Positions 11,413-23,110 of a stretch of 64,000 bases of DNA are shown here, one piece after another. The notes beneath the pieces are model-generated. The model saw nothing but the letters and a program-made list of their open reading frames with translations. It was not told the origin of the DNA and ran no database searches. This stretch comes from an uncultured Methanoregulaceae archaeon. Lineage in GTDB: Archaea; Halobacteriota; Methanomicrobia; Methanomicrobiales; Methanospirillaceae. The translations under genes were made by a program, and so were the position numbers. Positions within the stretch are counted from its first letter, which is position 1; each line of letters starts with the position of its first letter. The stretch is from contig CAVYJJ010000014.1 of NCBI GenBank assembly GCA_963768845.1, positions 201,371 through 265,370 on the forward strand, read 5' to 3'.

Positions 11413-13335
11413 ATGCTGATTGAAGAACGGCTCAAAGAGGCTCAAAGACAAGATTAATGAAAAAGTGCCTCATGGCATTACAGTAACGCAGGTTGAATTC
11501 GAAGGCCCGGAGCTTGTCATCTATACTGATGACCCGAAACGGTTTGCCGACGAGGCTGACTTAATCAAGGTGCTCGCCCGTGACCTGCGGAAAAGGATAG
11601 TCGTCAGACCTACCATTCTGGAAGACCCTGAAAAAGCCTACAACGAGATTAAATCGGTTGTTCCGGATACAGCAGGGATCACCGATATCTTTTTTGATGC
11701 TGACACCGGCGAAGTACTTATCGAAGCGGAAAAACCCGGTGTTGTTATCGGAAAAAACGGTACCACCCTTCGCGAGATCACCAAACATATCGGCTGGACA
11801 CCCAAAGTAGTACGGACCCCCCCCATTGAAAGTTCCACCGTAAAACAGGTTCGCCAGTACCTCCGTTCAGTGAACGAAGAACGTAAATCCTTCCTTCGGA
11901 CTATCGGTCGGCGTATTCATCGCGATATTCCCGGAAAAGATGATACAGGCAAGGATACGACAAAAAAGGACCAGTGGGCACGGGTCACTATGCTGGGATG
12001 CTGTCGTGAAGTCGGTCGGGCTGCATTTTTACTTACGACACCCAACAGCCGTGTTTTAATCGACTGTGGGGAAAAACCGGATAACTCTAATGGTACACCT
12101 TACCTGTATGTTCCGGAAATTCATCCCCTTGCCCAGCTCGATGCGGTCGTACTGACTCATGCTCATCTCGATCACTGTGCACTTATTCCCCTTCTCTATA
12201 AATATGGCTACGAAGGTCCGGTCTACTCAACACCACCAACCCGTGACCTTTCGGCAATGCTCCAGCTCGATTACCTGGACGTGATCCACAAGGAAGACCG
12301 GAAAGTCCCCTACTCTTCCCAGGAAGTCAAGACGTATATCCGGCATTCCATAACTCTCAACTACGGGAGCGTGACAGACATCGCACCGGATATCAAGCTG
12401 ACATTCCATAACGCCGGTCATATCCTCGGCTCAGCGATTGCTCATTTTCATATCGGCGATGGGATGTACAATATCGCATTTACGGGCGATTTTAACTACA
12501 GTAAAAGCCGTCTTTTCAACCCGGGCAATCAACCAGTTCCCACGGCTTGAAGCGCTCTTTATGGAGAGCACATATGGAGGATCCAATGATTTCCAGCCTG
12601 CCCGTTCTGATGCGGAGGCTAAGCTGTACGAGACCATTAACACCGTGCTCACCCGGGGCGGCAAGGTAATCATACCGGCGATTCTCAGTCGGTCGTTCAC
12701 AGGAAGTGATGCTGGCCCTTGAAGAAGGGATGCGTCTTGATAAAATCCCGAAGGGGAAGATCTATCTCGATGGAATGATCCGTGAGGCAACAGCCATCCA
12801 TACCACATATCCTGAATACCTGAATACCGAGCTCCGGAACCTTATCTTCCGCGAAGGAATGAACCCGTTCCTGGCAGAATGTTTCCAGCAGGTTGACAGC
12901 CAGGAACTCCGTGAAAAAGTGATGAGCGGGGAACCCTGTGTGATCATTTCAACCAGTGGCATGCTGAACGGGGGACCAGTCATGGAATATCTCCTCAATC
13001 TTGCACAGGATGAAAAAAATGCCCTGGTCTTTGTCGGATACCAGGCTGATGGCACCTATGGGCGACGAATTCAGAAGGGGTGGCGTGAAGTGCCGATGGG
13101 GCGAAAAGGCACCATCACCATCAACCTTGAGATTGTCACAATTGACGGCTTTTCCGGTCACTCGGACCGTCGGCAACTCATGAACTATATCGGCCAGATA
13201 CAGCCGCGTCCTGAAAAAATCTTCTGCATTCATGGTGATGAAAATAATACTATCGATCTCGCAAGTTCCATTTACAAACGCTATCACATCGAGACGCATT
13301 CTCCCATGAACCTGGAAACATATCGTATGGTCTGA
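11413..13335 (+). CDS. fttA: Beta-CASP ribonuclease aCPSF1 / termination factor FttA (about three frameshifts)
   Basis: N-terminal KH domains (EFEGPELVIY, KPGVVIGKNG), THAHLDH, AGHILGS, MESTYG, SGMLNGG, GFSGHSD; follows psmB as usual in Euryarchaeota. Confidence 0.92.
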
Positions 13336-13346
13336 CGGTTCTTTTA

Positions 13347-14427
13347 ATGAAGACACGCGTCTCCCTTTTTTTTGGGATGTTTGCCGTAATGGCACTTTCT
13401 AATGCCATCGTTCCTGTTCTTCCGGTGTACGCCGATTCTTCTGCAGTTCAGGCCGCCATCTACTCCGCGTATTTTCTGGGAGCATTAGTAAGCACCCTGC
13501 CCGCAGGTATCCTTTCAGACAGGTACGGACGGGTTCCGGTGATCCGTATCGGACTTGCAATTACTATTGCCAGCGGATTTTTGTTATCTGTTCTGATTTT
13601 GCCTGTTCCGGTAATTATTGCCCGTATTATTGAAGGGGTGGGTGCGGGGTTCTTTGTAGCCGCCTCGATGTCATATATCAACTCACTTTCAGATCATGAA
13701 CAAATGAGCGGATACCTTATGGCATCACTCAACGCCGGGCTTGTGATCGGGCTGGTATTTGCCGGGTGGCTTGCTGCGCACAATCCAAATCCTAATTCAG
13801 GTATCCTGGTTTTTTCTGCCCTTGTTTTCATTCCTGCAATTGCGAGTTTTTTTATCACAGAAACGGATTCCATTAAACGCCAGGGAAATTTCGCCATGGT
13901 TTCTACCCTTGTGAAGGAATTCCGATGGTTGTGGTAACTCATCCGTGGTACTTATCGGTATCACCGGTGTGGTCACTTCGTTGTATCCAAAATTTTCCGG
14001 CTATTCACCTGACAGTGTCGGAAACTGGATTTCACTGATGAGCATCGCGACCATAGCCGGTGTTCTGGTAGCCTCCCGGCTCTCTCTTCCCCCGGTTCTT
14101 ACTATCCGCTGGTCAGCAATACTTATCGCTATAAGCGTTCTGGTTTCGTATTACTCGCCTCTGGGTTTTATGGTACTGGGGATATGTGCAGGTGTCGTAA
14201 TGATAGCCCAGATATCTTTTCTTTCAGGAGTCAGGGACTACCAGGGTGGAGCCATGGGACTTTACTCCACCACTACCTATCTGGGTATGGCTGCACTTCC
14301 GTTCATTACGGGCTTAATTGCAGATTCCTCTGGTTTTTTTTATGCCTTTTGTGCCACGGCCTTCTTTGCCGTAACAGTCTTTTTTACGATCGGGAAGTGC
14401 AATTGCTACCTTAACCGGACAGATTAA
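13347..14427 (+). CDS. MFS transporter (frameshift near 13935)
   Basis: GILSDRYGR motif A; about 12 TM segments over two ORFs. Confidence 0.85.
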
Positions 14428-14483
14428 CTATCCAAAAAAACAATACATTCATCTGCGATTAAGGGAAATTTCGTCATGAGATT

Positions 14484-15464
14484 ATGAATTCAAAGGCACT
14501 ATTTCTGGTTTTTCTCTTCATTCTCCTGATTACACCGGTGGTACAGGCAGAAGACGCTCTGGATTGGTATACAAAAGGTCAGTATGCGATTGGTTTGGGG
14601 AATTATGCAGATGCCGTGACATATTTCGACAAAGCTCTTGCACTCGACAATAATTATGCGCCTGCCTTGTCTGGAAAAGCTGTCGCATTCAACAATATGG
14701 GGAAATATACCGATGCTATTGCTTCAGCGGATGCGGCAATTGCTATCAGATCCGCAGACCAGACCGCCCTGCAGGCCCGTGCATACGGGTTGCTCAAAGT
14801 GGGACGGTATGCAGATTCAGTAACCGCATATGATACGCTCTTTTTGACGGGATATATCCGTTCAGATGCTTACTGCAACCAGGGCTACGCGTATCTGATG
14901 CTCAATAAATCCGATAGTGCAGTTGCAAGATATGAAAAATGTTTAAAGATTGACCCGGGGAATCTTGATGGATGGAATCAGAAAGGTCTCGCTCTGATGA
15001 ATCTCGGCCGATACCAGGATGCACTCAGTGCTTATGACAAGGCGACAGGAGTTTCGGTCAAGAATGCGGAAGTCTGGAATAATAAAGGATTAGCCTATGC
15101 AGCTCTTGGAAAGTATCAGGATGCACTCCAGAGCTTTAACATGGCACTGGGAATAAAACCTGATTTTGCAGATGCTCAGAAGAACAAGGAAAGCATGATG
15201 GGAAAAGCACAATTAGTCACGATTTCAGGACCGATAACACCAACAGTAACGGTAAGTCGTGTCGGAACTTTATTTACAACTGTGGCACCATCTCCACTGA
15301 TGACTCAGGTTATCACAAACGTGACGCCAGCGGGAGAAATGACGGAGATACCTACCACGCCTACGAAGAAAACAACGTATTCTCCGGTATCCCTGTTCAC
15401 CGTCCTTGCCGCTGTATGTGTGGGGCTTGGGGCAGTACTGTGGAAGAAGAGCAACAAAAAATAA
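14484..15464 (+). CDS. Secreted, membrane-anchored TPR protein
   Basis: Signal peptide (VQA|E), repeated TPRs (WNQKG, WNNKG), T/P-rich linker, C-terminal TM plus KKSNKK. Confidence 0.85.
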   Translation: MNSKALFLVFLFILLITPVVQAEDALDWYTKGQYAIGLGNYADAVTYFDKALALDNNYAPALSGKAVAFNNMGKYTDAIASADAAIAIRSADQTALQARAYGLLKVGRYADSVTAYDTLFLTGYIRSDAYCNQGYAYLMLNKSDSAVARYEKCLKIDPGNLDGWNQKGLALMNLGRYQDALSAYDKATGVSVKNAEVWNNKGLAYAALGKYQDALQSFNMALGIKPDFADAQKNKESMMGKAQLVTISGPITPTVTVSRVGTLFTTVAPSPLMTQVITNVTPAGEMTEIPTTPTKKTTYSPVSLFTVLAAVCVGLGAVLWKKSNKK

Positions 15465-15482
15465 TCCATATCCTTTTTTTAC

Positions 15483-15675
15483 TCTGCAGAATCTTTTTTC
15501 TGGTAAGATAATACCCCCTTCTTGTGCCACCGGTTTCCCATTGAGAGATGGGGGGCACAGTACGATAACCCGAGATTGGTAGAAGGTGATACACCGTAAT
15601 CGCAAAGGGGATGCCCCAGTAGCGGAGGCAAAGCCAAAAAAGAGCATCAGAATTTTCAAAAATAATTTCTACAGA
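15483..15675. repeat. Putative degenerate MITE-like dispersed repeat
   Basis: GC-rich non-coding island in an AT-rich spacer, bounded by imperfect inverted ends TCTGCAGAA (15483-91) / TTCTACAGA (15667-75), with internal hairpins. Confidence 0.45.
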
Positions 15676-15878
15676 ATATTTTTTTTTAAGAAGATGTTGA
15701 AAAAACCTGAATTAAAAGCGGGTTCCTGCCACAGCTGGCTTTCAGTCTGAATGTGATATTTTCTAAAAAAAGGTTCATTATGTTTGTATCAGAGCGAAAA
15801 GAGCGTTCAGGAGAAGATTGGACCATTTCCTTGTTATCAGCAAAACTTCTTCATTTCCATAAAAATAAATCAGATTTT

Positions 15879-17068
15879 TTATCTTAATTTATTGGTTTTT
15901 TTCGCATATGCTCTGATAATGCCTGCATAAACCTCAGAAACCTTCTTCAGATTATCTATGCTGACCCGTTCGTTCACTGCATGCAGGGTGGAGATCTCAC
16001 CGGGCCCGTACTCGATTACGTTGAACCCACAAAGGCGCAGGTGGCGGGCATCGCTCGCTGCCCACTGGACAATAGGAAATACCGGCCCTCCCTGCACCTG
16101 CTGTATTTCGTTACAGGTGACGGTAACCAGCCGACAGGAAGGTTCCGTCATGGAGGGATCATGCGTTGTGCGGGAGACGATTTTCCCGTGAGGGGTATGA
16201 GAAGTGATTCCGGATATCAGATCCGGTATCGAACAACCCCATGGAACCCGAATTTCAAGATCAAGTTTGCAGTGCTGTGCAACCACGTTCGATTTCTCAC
16301 CTCCCCGTATAATTCCCGGGTTGAACATCGACTTTTTTAACACATCACTTACGTTATGGAGATGGAATTCTGATTCAAGGACTCTTGAAGATTGATCAAT
16401 AATCTCATTGAGCCGGTCATCAACTGGATAGTCCCGATCATGCAGTCCTTTCATATATTCGAGTAAGGACATGGCTTCCATGACTGCACTTACACCCACC
16501 GCGGGATACAGGGATCCATGGGCCGGTGTGCCGGAAAATTTTATCTCGAGCCGGGAAAGACCTTTTTGTCCAATACACGGGTTACGAACGGGGGTAGGTT
16601 CCGCGATCAGGCAGTCAGAGGAACGAATCTGTTTTTTTGCGAGCAGGAAACGAATCCCATTTTCGCCACCGGTCTCTTCGTCACAGACAAACGCACAGTC
16701 TGCCGTTATTTCCTCCTCACCCTCGGACAGCATAGTGAGTGCAGCAAGCAAAGAGGCCACCCCTCCTTTCATATCCGTGGAACCCCTTCCCCAGACAAAA
16801 CCATCCTTCACGGTCGCTGAAAGGGGGGATATTTCCAGCCATCGTCAAGGGCAGGCACGACATCGACATGCCCGCAGAAGAGGAGCCGGTTACCGGCTGT
16901 TCCCCGGGTAAGAAGGTTATCATATCCCTTTTTTTTGCTGATAATGTCCGGATGCACACCTAATCCTTCGAGGTACGATCGGATATATTCGATAACATCT
17001 GCGGTCAGCCCGGGGGGATTTTCACTTTTGATTGCAACGAGTTCAGAACAGATCCGACCGACATTCAT
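15879..17068 (-). CDS. M20 (ArgE/DapE-like) metallopeptidase (two frameshifts)
   Basis: SENPPG, CGHVDVVP, GRGSTDMKGG, DEETGG, AEPT, ASDAR, HAVNE. Confidence 0.88.
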
Positions 17069-17088
17069 ACCGGGAAAACCTCGAGATC

Positions 17089-17589
17089 TTATGACTGGGC
17101 AACATATGCCTTGAACAGGAGCGAGAGCGACGCATCTTCGTACAGACTCTTTAAGAATTCCGGTTCAAAAAATTCATCGATGATTACATAAAAGAAATCG
17201 ATTGGAACGGGATTCCTGCTGTCCGGGTCAAGCACAATCCTGAAACTCCTGTACCCAGCGGGATCCTCTTCGTCGTAGATCATCTGCCAAAGCGAAGGTA
17301 AAGCCGCGAATTTTTCAGGACGGGTATCTTTGAGCCAATTGATAAAACCGGGAAATTTTGCCCGGTCTCCTTTCTTCTCCTCGTCGATTCTCCACCGGAG
17401 ATATTCACCACTCATGATATTTTTAGGTGACAGGATATTAAAAGCATAAATTCCTGCCGTGTAATCAATATGGGCAAATGCATCGAGCAGGTAAAAATAG
17501 AGTACTTTGTTGAACTGGCCAGGATCCTGGAGGATCAGGGTTTTTTCATACAGGTGAGAAAGAACAGTCAGAAACTCATTTTCTTCCAT
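17089..17589 (-). CDS. Hypothetical protein
   Basis: Intact 166-aa ORF, co-oriented between moaA and the M20 gene; no recognised motif. Confidence 0.7.
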   Translation of the reverse strand: MEENEFLTVLSHLYEKTLILQDPGQFNKVLYFYLLDAFAHIDYTAGIYAFNILSPKNIMSGEYLRWRIDEEKKGDRAKFPGFINWLKDTRPEKFAALPSLWQMIYDEEDPAGYRSFRIVLDPDSRNPVPIDFFYVIIDEFFEPEFLKSLYEDASLSLLFKAYVAQS

Positions 17590-17665
17590 ATTCTCTTTGT
17601 TCGCGCCGAAGTGGTAAATAATCGCCGCATGTATACAATGGAGTTGCGATCAGGAACGGGAAGAC

Positions 17666-18544
17666 TTAATGGTAAAATGGTTCGCGCAAGGATACAGCCT
17701 TTTTAAACAAGGCTTCAAGTTCAGCACCTTTCTTTCCCCGAATATCAATATGGTTATCCAATCTCAGAAGGCAGGGTTTCAGATAGCCATCAGATGTGAC
17801 CCTGAGACGGTTACAGAAAGCACAGAACTCAGTGTTGTGGAGCGGGCGGACAACTTCAACCTCAGCGCCGTCAAGACAATATTTCTTCCGGTGGTGCATC
17901 CGCCGGGTGATGATCTGTTTTGAACGCGATGCCAGTGAATCTTCGAGAACATTTAAATCACCATGGTAGTTGCAGTCGTTAAAATGCATCAGTTCAATGA
18001 GCTGGAGGACAAGGTTCCGGTTTCCCCGCACATAGGCAAGGAAACTCTCAATCTCCCCATCGTTGATACCTTCAAGCACAACCATATTCAGTTTGATGGG
18101 GGTAAGTCCTGCATCGAGCGCAGTGTCAATACCGTCAAGCACATCACTCAGTGGATCAGTTCCCGTGATCTTTTTATAGGTTTTTGGATCGAGGCTGTCG
18201 AGGCTGACATTTACTCTCCGAAGACCTGCTTCTTTCAGCCCATATGCAAAATCTCCAAGCAGGGTACCATTTGTGGTAAGAGAGGATTCCATACCTGCGG
18301 GCACAGATCGGACAATATCCAATAAATCCTGTCTGAGAAGCGGTTCACCGCCGGTGAATTTAACACTCCTGATCTCAAACATCGCCGCCACACGCAGAAT
18401 TTCTGCAATTTCTTCAGCAGAGATCTGCTCTTTTGGAAATTTTTCACCCTCTTTGTGGCAGTATATGCAGGAAAGATTACACGCAGGGGTAAGGCTTATC
18501 CGAAGGTTACTCACCGGACGGTTATAGGCGTCTCTGAGGATCAC
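17666..18544 (-). CDS. moaA: GTP 3',8-cyclase
   Basis: LRISLTPACNLSCIYCH radical-SAM motif, FTGGEPL, C-terminal FCAFCNRLRVTSDGYLKPCL. Confidence 0.95.
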   Translation of the reverse strand: MILRDAYNRPVSNLRISLTPACNLSCIYCHKEGEKFPKEQISAEEIAEILRVAAMFEIRSVKFTGGEPLLRQDLLDIVRSVPAGMESSLTTNGTLLGDFAYGLKEAGLRRVNVSLDSLDPKTYKKITGTDPLSDVLDGIDTALDAGLTPIKLNMVVLEGINDGEIESFLAYVRGNRNLVLQLIELMHFNDCNYHGDLNVLEDSLASRSKQIITRRMHHRKKYCLDGAEVEVVRPLHNTEFCAFCNRLRVTSDGYLKPCLLRLDNHIDIRGKKGAELEALFKKAVSLREPFYH

Positions 18545-18549
18545 GATGT

Positions 18550-19131
18550 TCAGCCCACGAAATTTTTGGCAATAATATCAGACTCGGTGCTCCCTTTACG
18601 CGTTGATCTGGTTATGCAGGTTTTGACCGAATAGAACCGTTCTTTCGTCATGCCATACAGCTCCGGAAAATCTGTGCCCTGGAAGGATTTCACCACGAAA
18701 TTGCCTCCCTGTTTTAATACATTACCGGCAAAATTCAAAGCCTGTTCGTTCAATTCGATGATGCGGGCCTGGTCGTAACTTTTATGGCCGGAAAGTTTGG
18801 GTGCTGCATCACAAACAACCACATTGACGACACCGAGCATTGCACGGACCTTTTCCTGTATGTCCTTATCGTTGAGATCTCCTTCCAGAGTCTCCACGCC
18901 ATCGAGCGCGGCGATGGGATTGAGATCTATACCAACAACCTTTGCATGAGTCAGTGTGCGCTCTACCTGGAGCCAGCTCCAGGGAGCTGCTCCGAGATCT
19001 ACAATATTGTCGTCAGGGCGGATGACTGCAAACTTCTGCTGGATCTCAAGAGACTTGTAGGCTGCTCTTGAACGGTATCCCTCGTGTTTAGCCCGTATAT
19101 GTGTCCGGTCGTATCCCCATTGTGATCCCAT
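18550..19131 (-). CDS. rlmE: 23S rRNA Um2552 2'-O-methyltransferase
   Basis: GYRSRAAYK, VDLGAAP, CDAAPKLSG, FVVKSFQG. Confidence 0.92.
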   Translation of the reverse strand: MGSQWGYDRTHIRAKHEGYRSRAAYKSLEIQQKFAVIRPDDNIVDLGAAPWSWLQVERTLTHAKVVGIDLNPIAALDGVETLEGDLNDKDIQEKVRAMLGVVNVVVCDAAPKLSGHKSYDQARIIELNEQALNFAGNVLKQGGNFVVKSFQGTDFPELYGMTKERFYSVKTCITRSTRKGSTESDIIAKNFVG

Positions 19132-19455
19132 TATATCGATCTATCCCCTGATTTAGTCCAGGTCAAATCCCAGGACATTCCTGATAATATATGACCGTAT
19201 ATCCTATAAGAGATTGGGTTTGGGACTATAGGGATAGAGTCACATCAATACACCGGATATATTTTCTAAAGTTCCTGTTTCGCGAACGCAGAAAAAAATG
19301 ATCAGAGATGATTAAAAGATGAACGGGCTTTTCTGATATTTTTTATACCCTGAGGAATATTCCGATTTTCCGGACTGCAGGAGTCACTGTTTAATGTGAG
19401 ATTTATAATTCTGCCACGAATTTTTTTATATAGAACCCTAGAGCAGGGCAGGAAA

Positions 19456-19864
19456 TCAGGTAAGTTCACCCTCATACAACATCTCACCTGCATCTCCATT
19501 TACCTCAGCATATATGCCACTTTTCAACCGTTTTAAAGGGATATCGATCCTGTCGATCATAGGTATCTGTGCCAATAATTGCTCCCGTTGCAATGATGGG
19601 TTCAGCTTCGGTATTGATAATCGCGGCCGGTGCATGACCATTTTGGCTTAACGCATAGAGGACATATGAACCAACCGTTGAACCCTTGCCATAGGGAAAT
19701 GCAAAGATCTTCCCGGTAATATTTTCACCCTGAAGCGGGTGGCCTTTTTCCACAATGGTGCCGGTTATGGGATCTACACCGGACAGAAAAGATACTGGTT
19801 CCGGGCTGACGAGCATCAGGCCGGCCCCGTGTCCTTTCGCTATTCCCCTTCCCCTGATGAGCAA
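19456..19864 (-). CDS. DUF126 / aconitase X swivel subunit (phosphomevalonate dehydratase small-subunit-like; frameshift near 19570)
   Basis: SFLSGVDPITG, FPYGKGSTVGSYVLY, AEPIIATGAII. Confidence 0.85.
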
Positions 19865-19899
19865 TATAACACCTAATAAATGTTTGAAGATTGCACTAT

Positions 19900-21072
19900 A
19901 TGATTGATATGGAAGAGACGTCCGTCAATAACACAGCGCCTTCATCTGAGCTCAAATATCAAATCCAGCTGAATGAGCTTGAGGCCAGCCTCCTTGATAT
20001 GAAGGTTAAGGTTGACGAGCTCGTAAAGGATAATGCACAGGCTCAAGCGGGAAAACAACCAGCTGAAGCGCATGCCCCTTTTTGTTGCGGTTGTCATCGA
20101 TATTCTGGATAACGGGGAGATTTATCTCAGGCAGCAGGGAAACAACCAGGAATATCTCACCACAGCGACAGAAGATCTCCGCCCGCTCCTGAAGCCCGGC
20201 GCCAAGGTCGCAGTCAACAATGCACTGTCGATCGTAAAAGTTATCGGAAATATTTACGATTCACGTATTCGTATTATGGAGCTTGAGGTCTCTCCTGAAA
20301 TCAGTCTACGCCCAAATCGGCGGTCTGACCGAAGTGATTAAAGAAGTCCGGGAAGCAGTCGAATACCCGCTCACCAAACCAGAAATTTTTCGATGTATTG
20401 GCGTTGAACCCCCGAAAGGTATCCTCCTCTATGGCCCACCGGGAACCGGCAAAACCCTGATAGCAAAAGCAGTAGCTCATGAAGCACATGCTACATTCAT
20501 CCGGATGTCCGGCAGTGAACTGGTCCACAAATTTATTGGTGAAGGGGCCGGGCTTGTCCGCGAACTTTTCATGCTTGCACGTGAACGTGCTCCTGCAATC
20601 GTCTTCATTGATGAGATTGATGCAGTGGGGAGCACAAGAACCCATGACGGGACATCAGGAAGTGCTGAAGTGCAGCGAACACTCATGCAGCTCCTTGCAG
20701 AAATGGACGGGTTTGACAACCGCGGGGATGTCAGGATCATGGCAGTGTACCAACCGGGCAGACATGCTCGACCCTGCACTCCTGCGACCCGGGCGTTTTG
20801 ACCGTCTGATAGAAATTCCGCTTCCGGATAAAGATGCCCGGTTGCAAATCCTGAAAATTCATTCACGAAAGATGCATCTCGGCAATGTGAATTTAGCAGA
20901 TCTCGTGGGCATGACTGAAAATGCAACGGGCGCTGAACTTGAAGCGATTTGCCGTGAAGCCGGTATGATGGCCGTGAGAAGAGAGGCGTCATTTGTGGAA
21001 ATGGTTGACTTTCTCGATGCGGTCCACAAGGTGAAGAACGAAATTGTAACTGATAACCGCATGTATACCTGA
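19900..21072 (+). CDS. pan: Proteasome-activating nucleotidase (about three frameshifts)
   Basis: Coiled coil plus [47 protein letters not shown]-terminal HbYX (MYT). Confidence 0.93.
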
Positions 21073-21119
21073 TCTGGTACCTGTTACAAACAACTTCCAT
21101 TTTTTTTAAGGAGATCCGG

Positions 21120-21623
21120 ATGAATATTCTTTTGATTCAGAGGGATGGAGTGGATCTCCACCATACACTTTTTGCATCCGAGACAAGCCGGATGGCACTG
21201 CGTTTTTATCACCCGAAAAAAAAACCCTGCGGTCTCTGTATTACGGTATCCACACTTGGAAGTGCTCTTTCACTCGTATCAGAACTACGCTGGTACCTCC
21301 GCAGGTATGTGAAAGAGGTTCTGTTTGAAGTGAAAGCCGGAACGTTCTGCACCCACACCCTGGCACAGGATGTGTATTACGAGAGGACCTCAGTTCTGGA
21401 GCCTGACTGGCCTTTCCGACGCTTATACGGATTCAGGAACGGGAATTTGATCAGCAGAGTCGTGATGTCCCCGAAATCGACTGTCCAGGAATACCATCAG
21501 GAATATATCGGCATTGATGTATCCATCGAATGCTGGTGTACTGAAGACGAAGTGGAAGAAGGTGAATTATTGCATGAAGAAAGCGGAGATACTACGGATA
21601 CCGTGCAACATGAGGAAGAATAA
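21120..21623 (+). CDS. Conserved methanogen hypothetical protein (DUF5804-like)
   Basis: GVDLHHTLFASETSRMALRFY, SLVSELRWYLRRY; acidic tail. Confidence 0.65.
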   Translation: MNILLIQRDGVDLHHTLFASETSRMALRFYHPKKKPCGLCITVSTLGSALSLVSELRWYLRRYVKEVLFEVKAGTFCTHTLAQDVYYERTSVLEPDWPFRRLYGFRNGNLISRVVMSPKSTVQEYHQEYIGIDVSIECWCTEDEVEEGELLHEESGDTTDTVQHEEE

Positions 21624-21707
21624 AGATCTTAATCCCTTAAAAACAAAGATCTTTTTATAATTTTATGCAAAAACCACAACCCGGGCATCATCCAGGAGCG
21701 AGAACAT

Positions 21708-22451
21708 ATGGAGAATAATGAGTGGAAACGAGTATATATATCGAGTCATTGTAGCAGTTTTTTTTGCAGTGACCTGTTTTGCAGCCGTTCACTTTATTGA
21801 CGGAATGGACGGGGGTTATGCGATTCGCTGGTGTCGTTTTTTATCGCCGTTTCCGCAATTGCTGTTGCCGGATTGTTTTTTCACCGGGCTCGTATCATGG
21901 ATGAAATACTGAACAACAACCATATCCTTGCCCACTGGGTCGTATTCTTCCGATATGGCACAGGAAAACGCCTTCCGGGAATACCAGGAGTATCTCGAAC
22001 GAAACCATGCGATGTTCATTCTCATCGGGGGCATGCTGGCTGCGGTGGCAATCTTCTTTATGCTCTTTATTGAAGAGGGGGGGCTCGAAACCGGTATAAT
22101 TCTTGTTTGCCGTCGCAGTGCTGCTGTTCATTGTTTCCCGGATTACACCGGAGATCCAACTGAAACGAGCGCTCGCGGCACCGCATGAAGCATTTATTGC
22201 CCGAAACGGGATTATTTACGAAGGGGCAGTCTACCCGTTCCAGTCATTTATGATGAATATGAACGGAGTTGCCCTGCAACACGGAAAGCGGAAGGAAAAA
22301 CCCGGCACTCATCTTTTCATTCACCCAACTGGTCGGGCTTTACATAATTCAGCCATTCGATATTGCTGTTCCGGTTCCTCCGAATGAAATCGATACCGCG
22401 TATGGGATCATCAAAACCCTGGGGGGAGAATTACCGGATAATGATAGCTGA
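21708..22451 (+). CDS. Hypothetical membrane protein (several frameshifts)
   Basis: Fragments join into MENNEWKR...GMDGGYA...ILAHW.YS...four TM...IAVPVPPNE. Confidence 0.6.
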
Positions 22452-22568
22452 ACAGAATACTCCCTGTATATGCACATGGAAAGTGGAATGGTTTTGATTT
22501 GTGAATATCAGGCATTTTATCTTCAGTAAAACAAGGATTAATACCTTAACACAACAAAAATTGAGAAG

Positions 22569-23110
22569 ATGTCCGGGATAAAACTTGCAGGCGGACCTAC
22601 CCAGGATGAGATTATGGCAGTCTCGCTATTCAAGCTGGGACTCCGGAATACCGACACCGTTCTTGAAATAGGGTGTGGGACGGGAAAAATTTCAATTGCC
22701 GCAGCACAACAGGCAAAAAAAATTTTTTCTGTTGATAAAAGGCCAGAAGCAATTACCGCCGCACAGGAAGCTGCACAAAAAGTCGCGGTCAGCAATATAG
22801 AATTTTTTTGTACTGATGCAATTGAATTTCTCGAATCTGAGAGAATATTCGATTGCGCGTTCGTTGGCGGAACGCAACAACTCGCCCGGGTACTTCCATT
22901 ACTTGCTAAAAAAGTGAGGAGAACAATAGTGATAAACGCAGTGCTCCTCAGGTCCCTCTTGCTCAAGCGGTCAAATCCATGAAACAGCTTGGTATATTTT
23001 GTGAAGTAGTACAGGTTCAGGTCACCCGATCACACGAGATTGCGGGAAGTATCATGTTCAAACCTATCGACCCGGTATATGTGATAGTCGGGAAGGGGAC
23101 CGCATGCTGA
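22569..23110 (+). CDS. cbiT: Cobalt-precorrin-6B C15-methyltransferase (frameshift near 22950)
   Basis: GGPTQDEIMAVSL, EIGCGTG SAM motif, AFVGG, FKPIDPVY; first gene of the cbi operon. Confidence 0.88.

Noticed and set aside
13935-13945. Stop inside the MFS gene as possible recoding (Pyl/Sec/readthrough)
   Set aside because: It is TAA with a frame change; removing one A restores W-Y-S-S-V-V. This is an indel, not recoding.
22452-22568. Cobalamin riboswitch ahead of the cbi operon
   Set aside because: The spacer is short and AT-rich, with no B12-box or conserved core.
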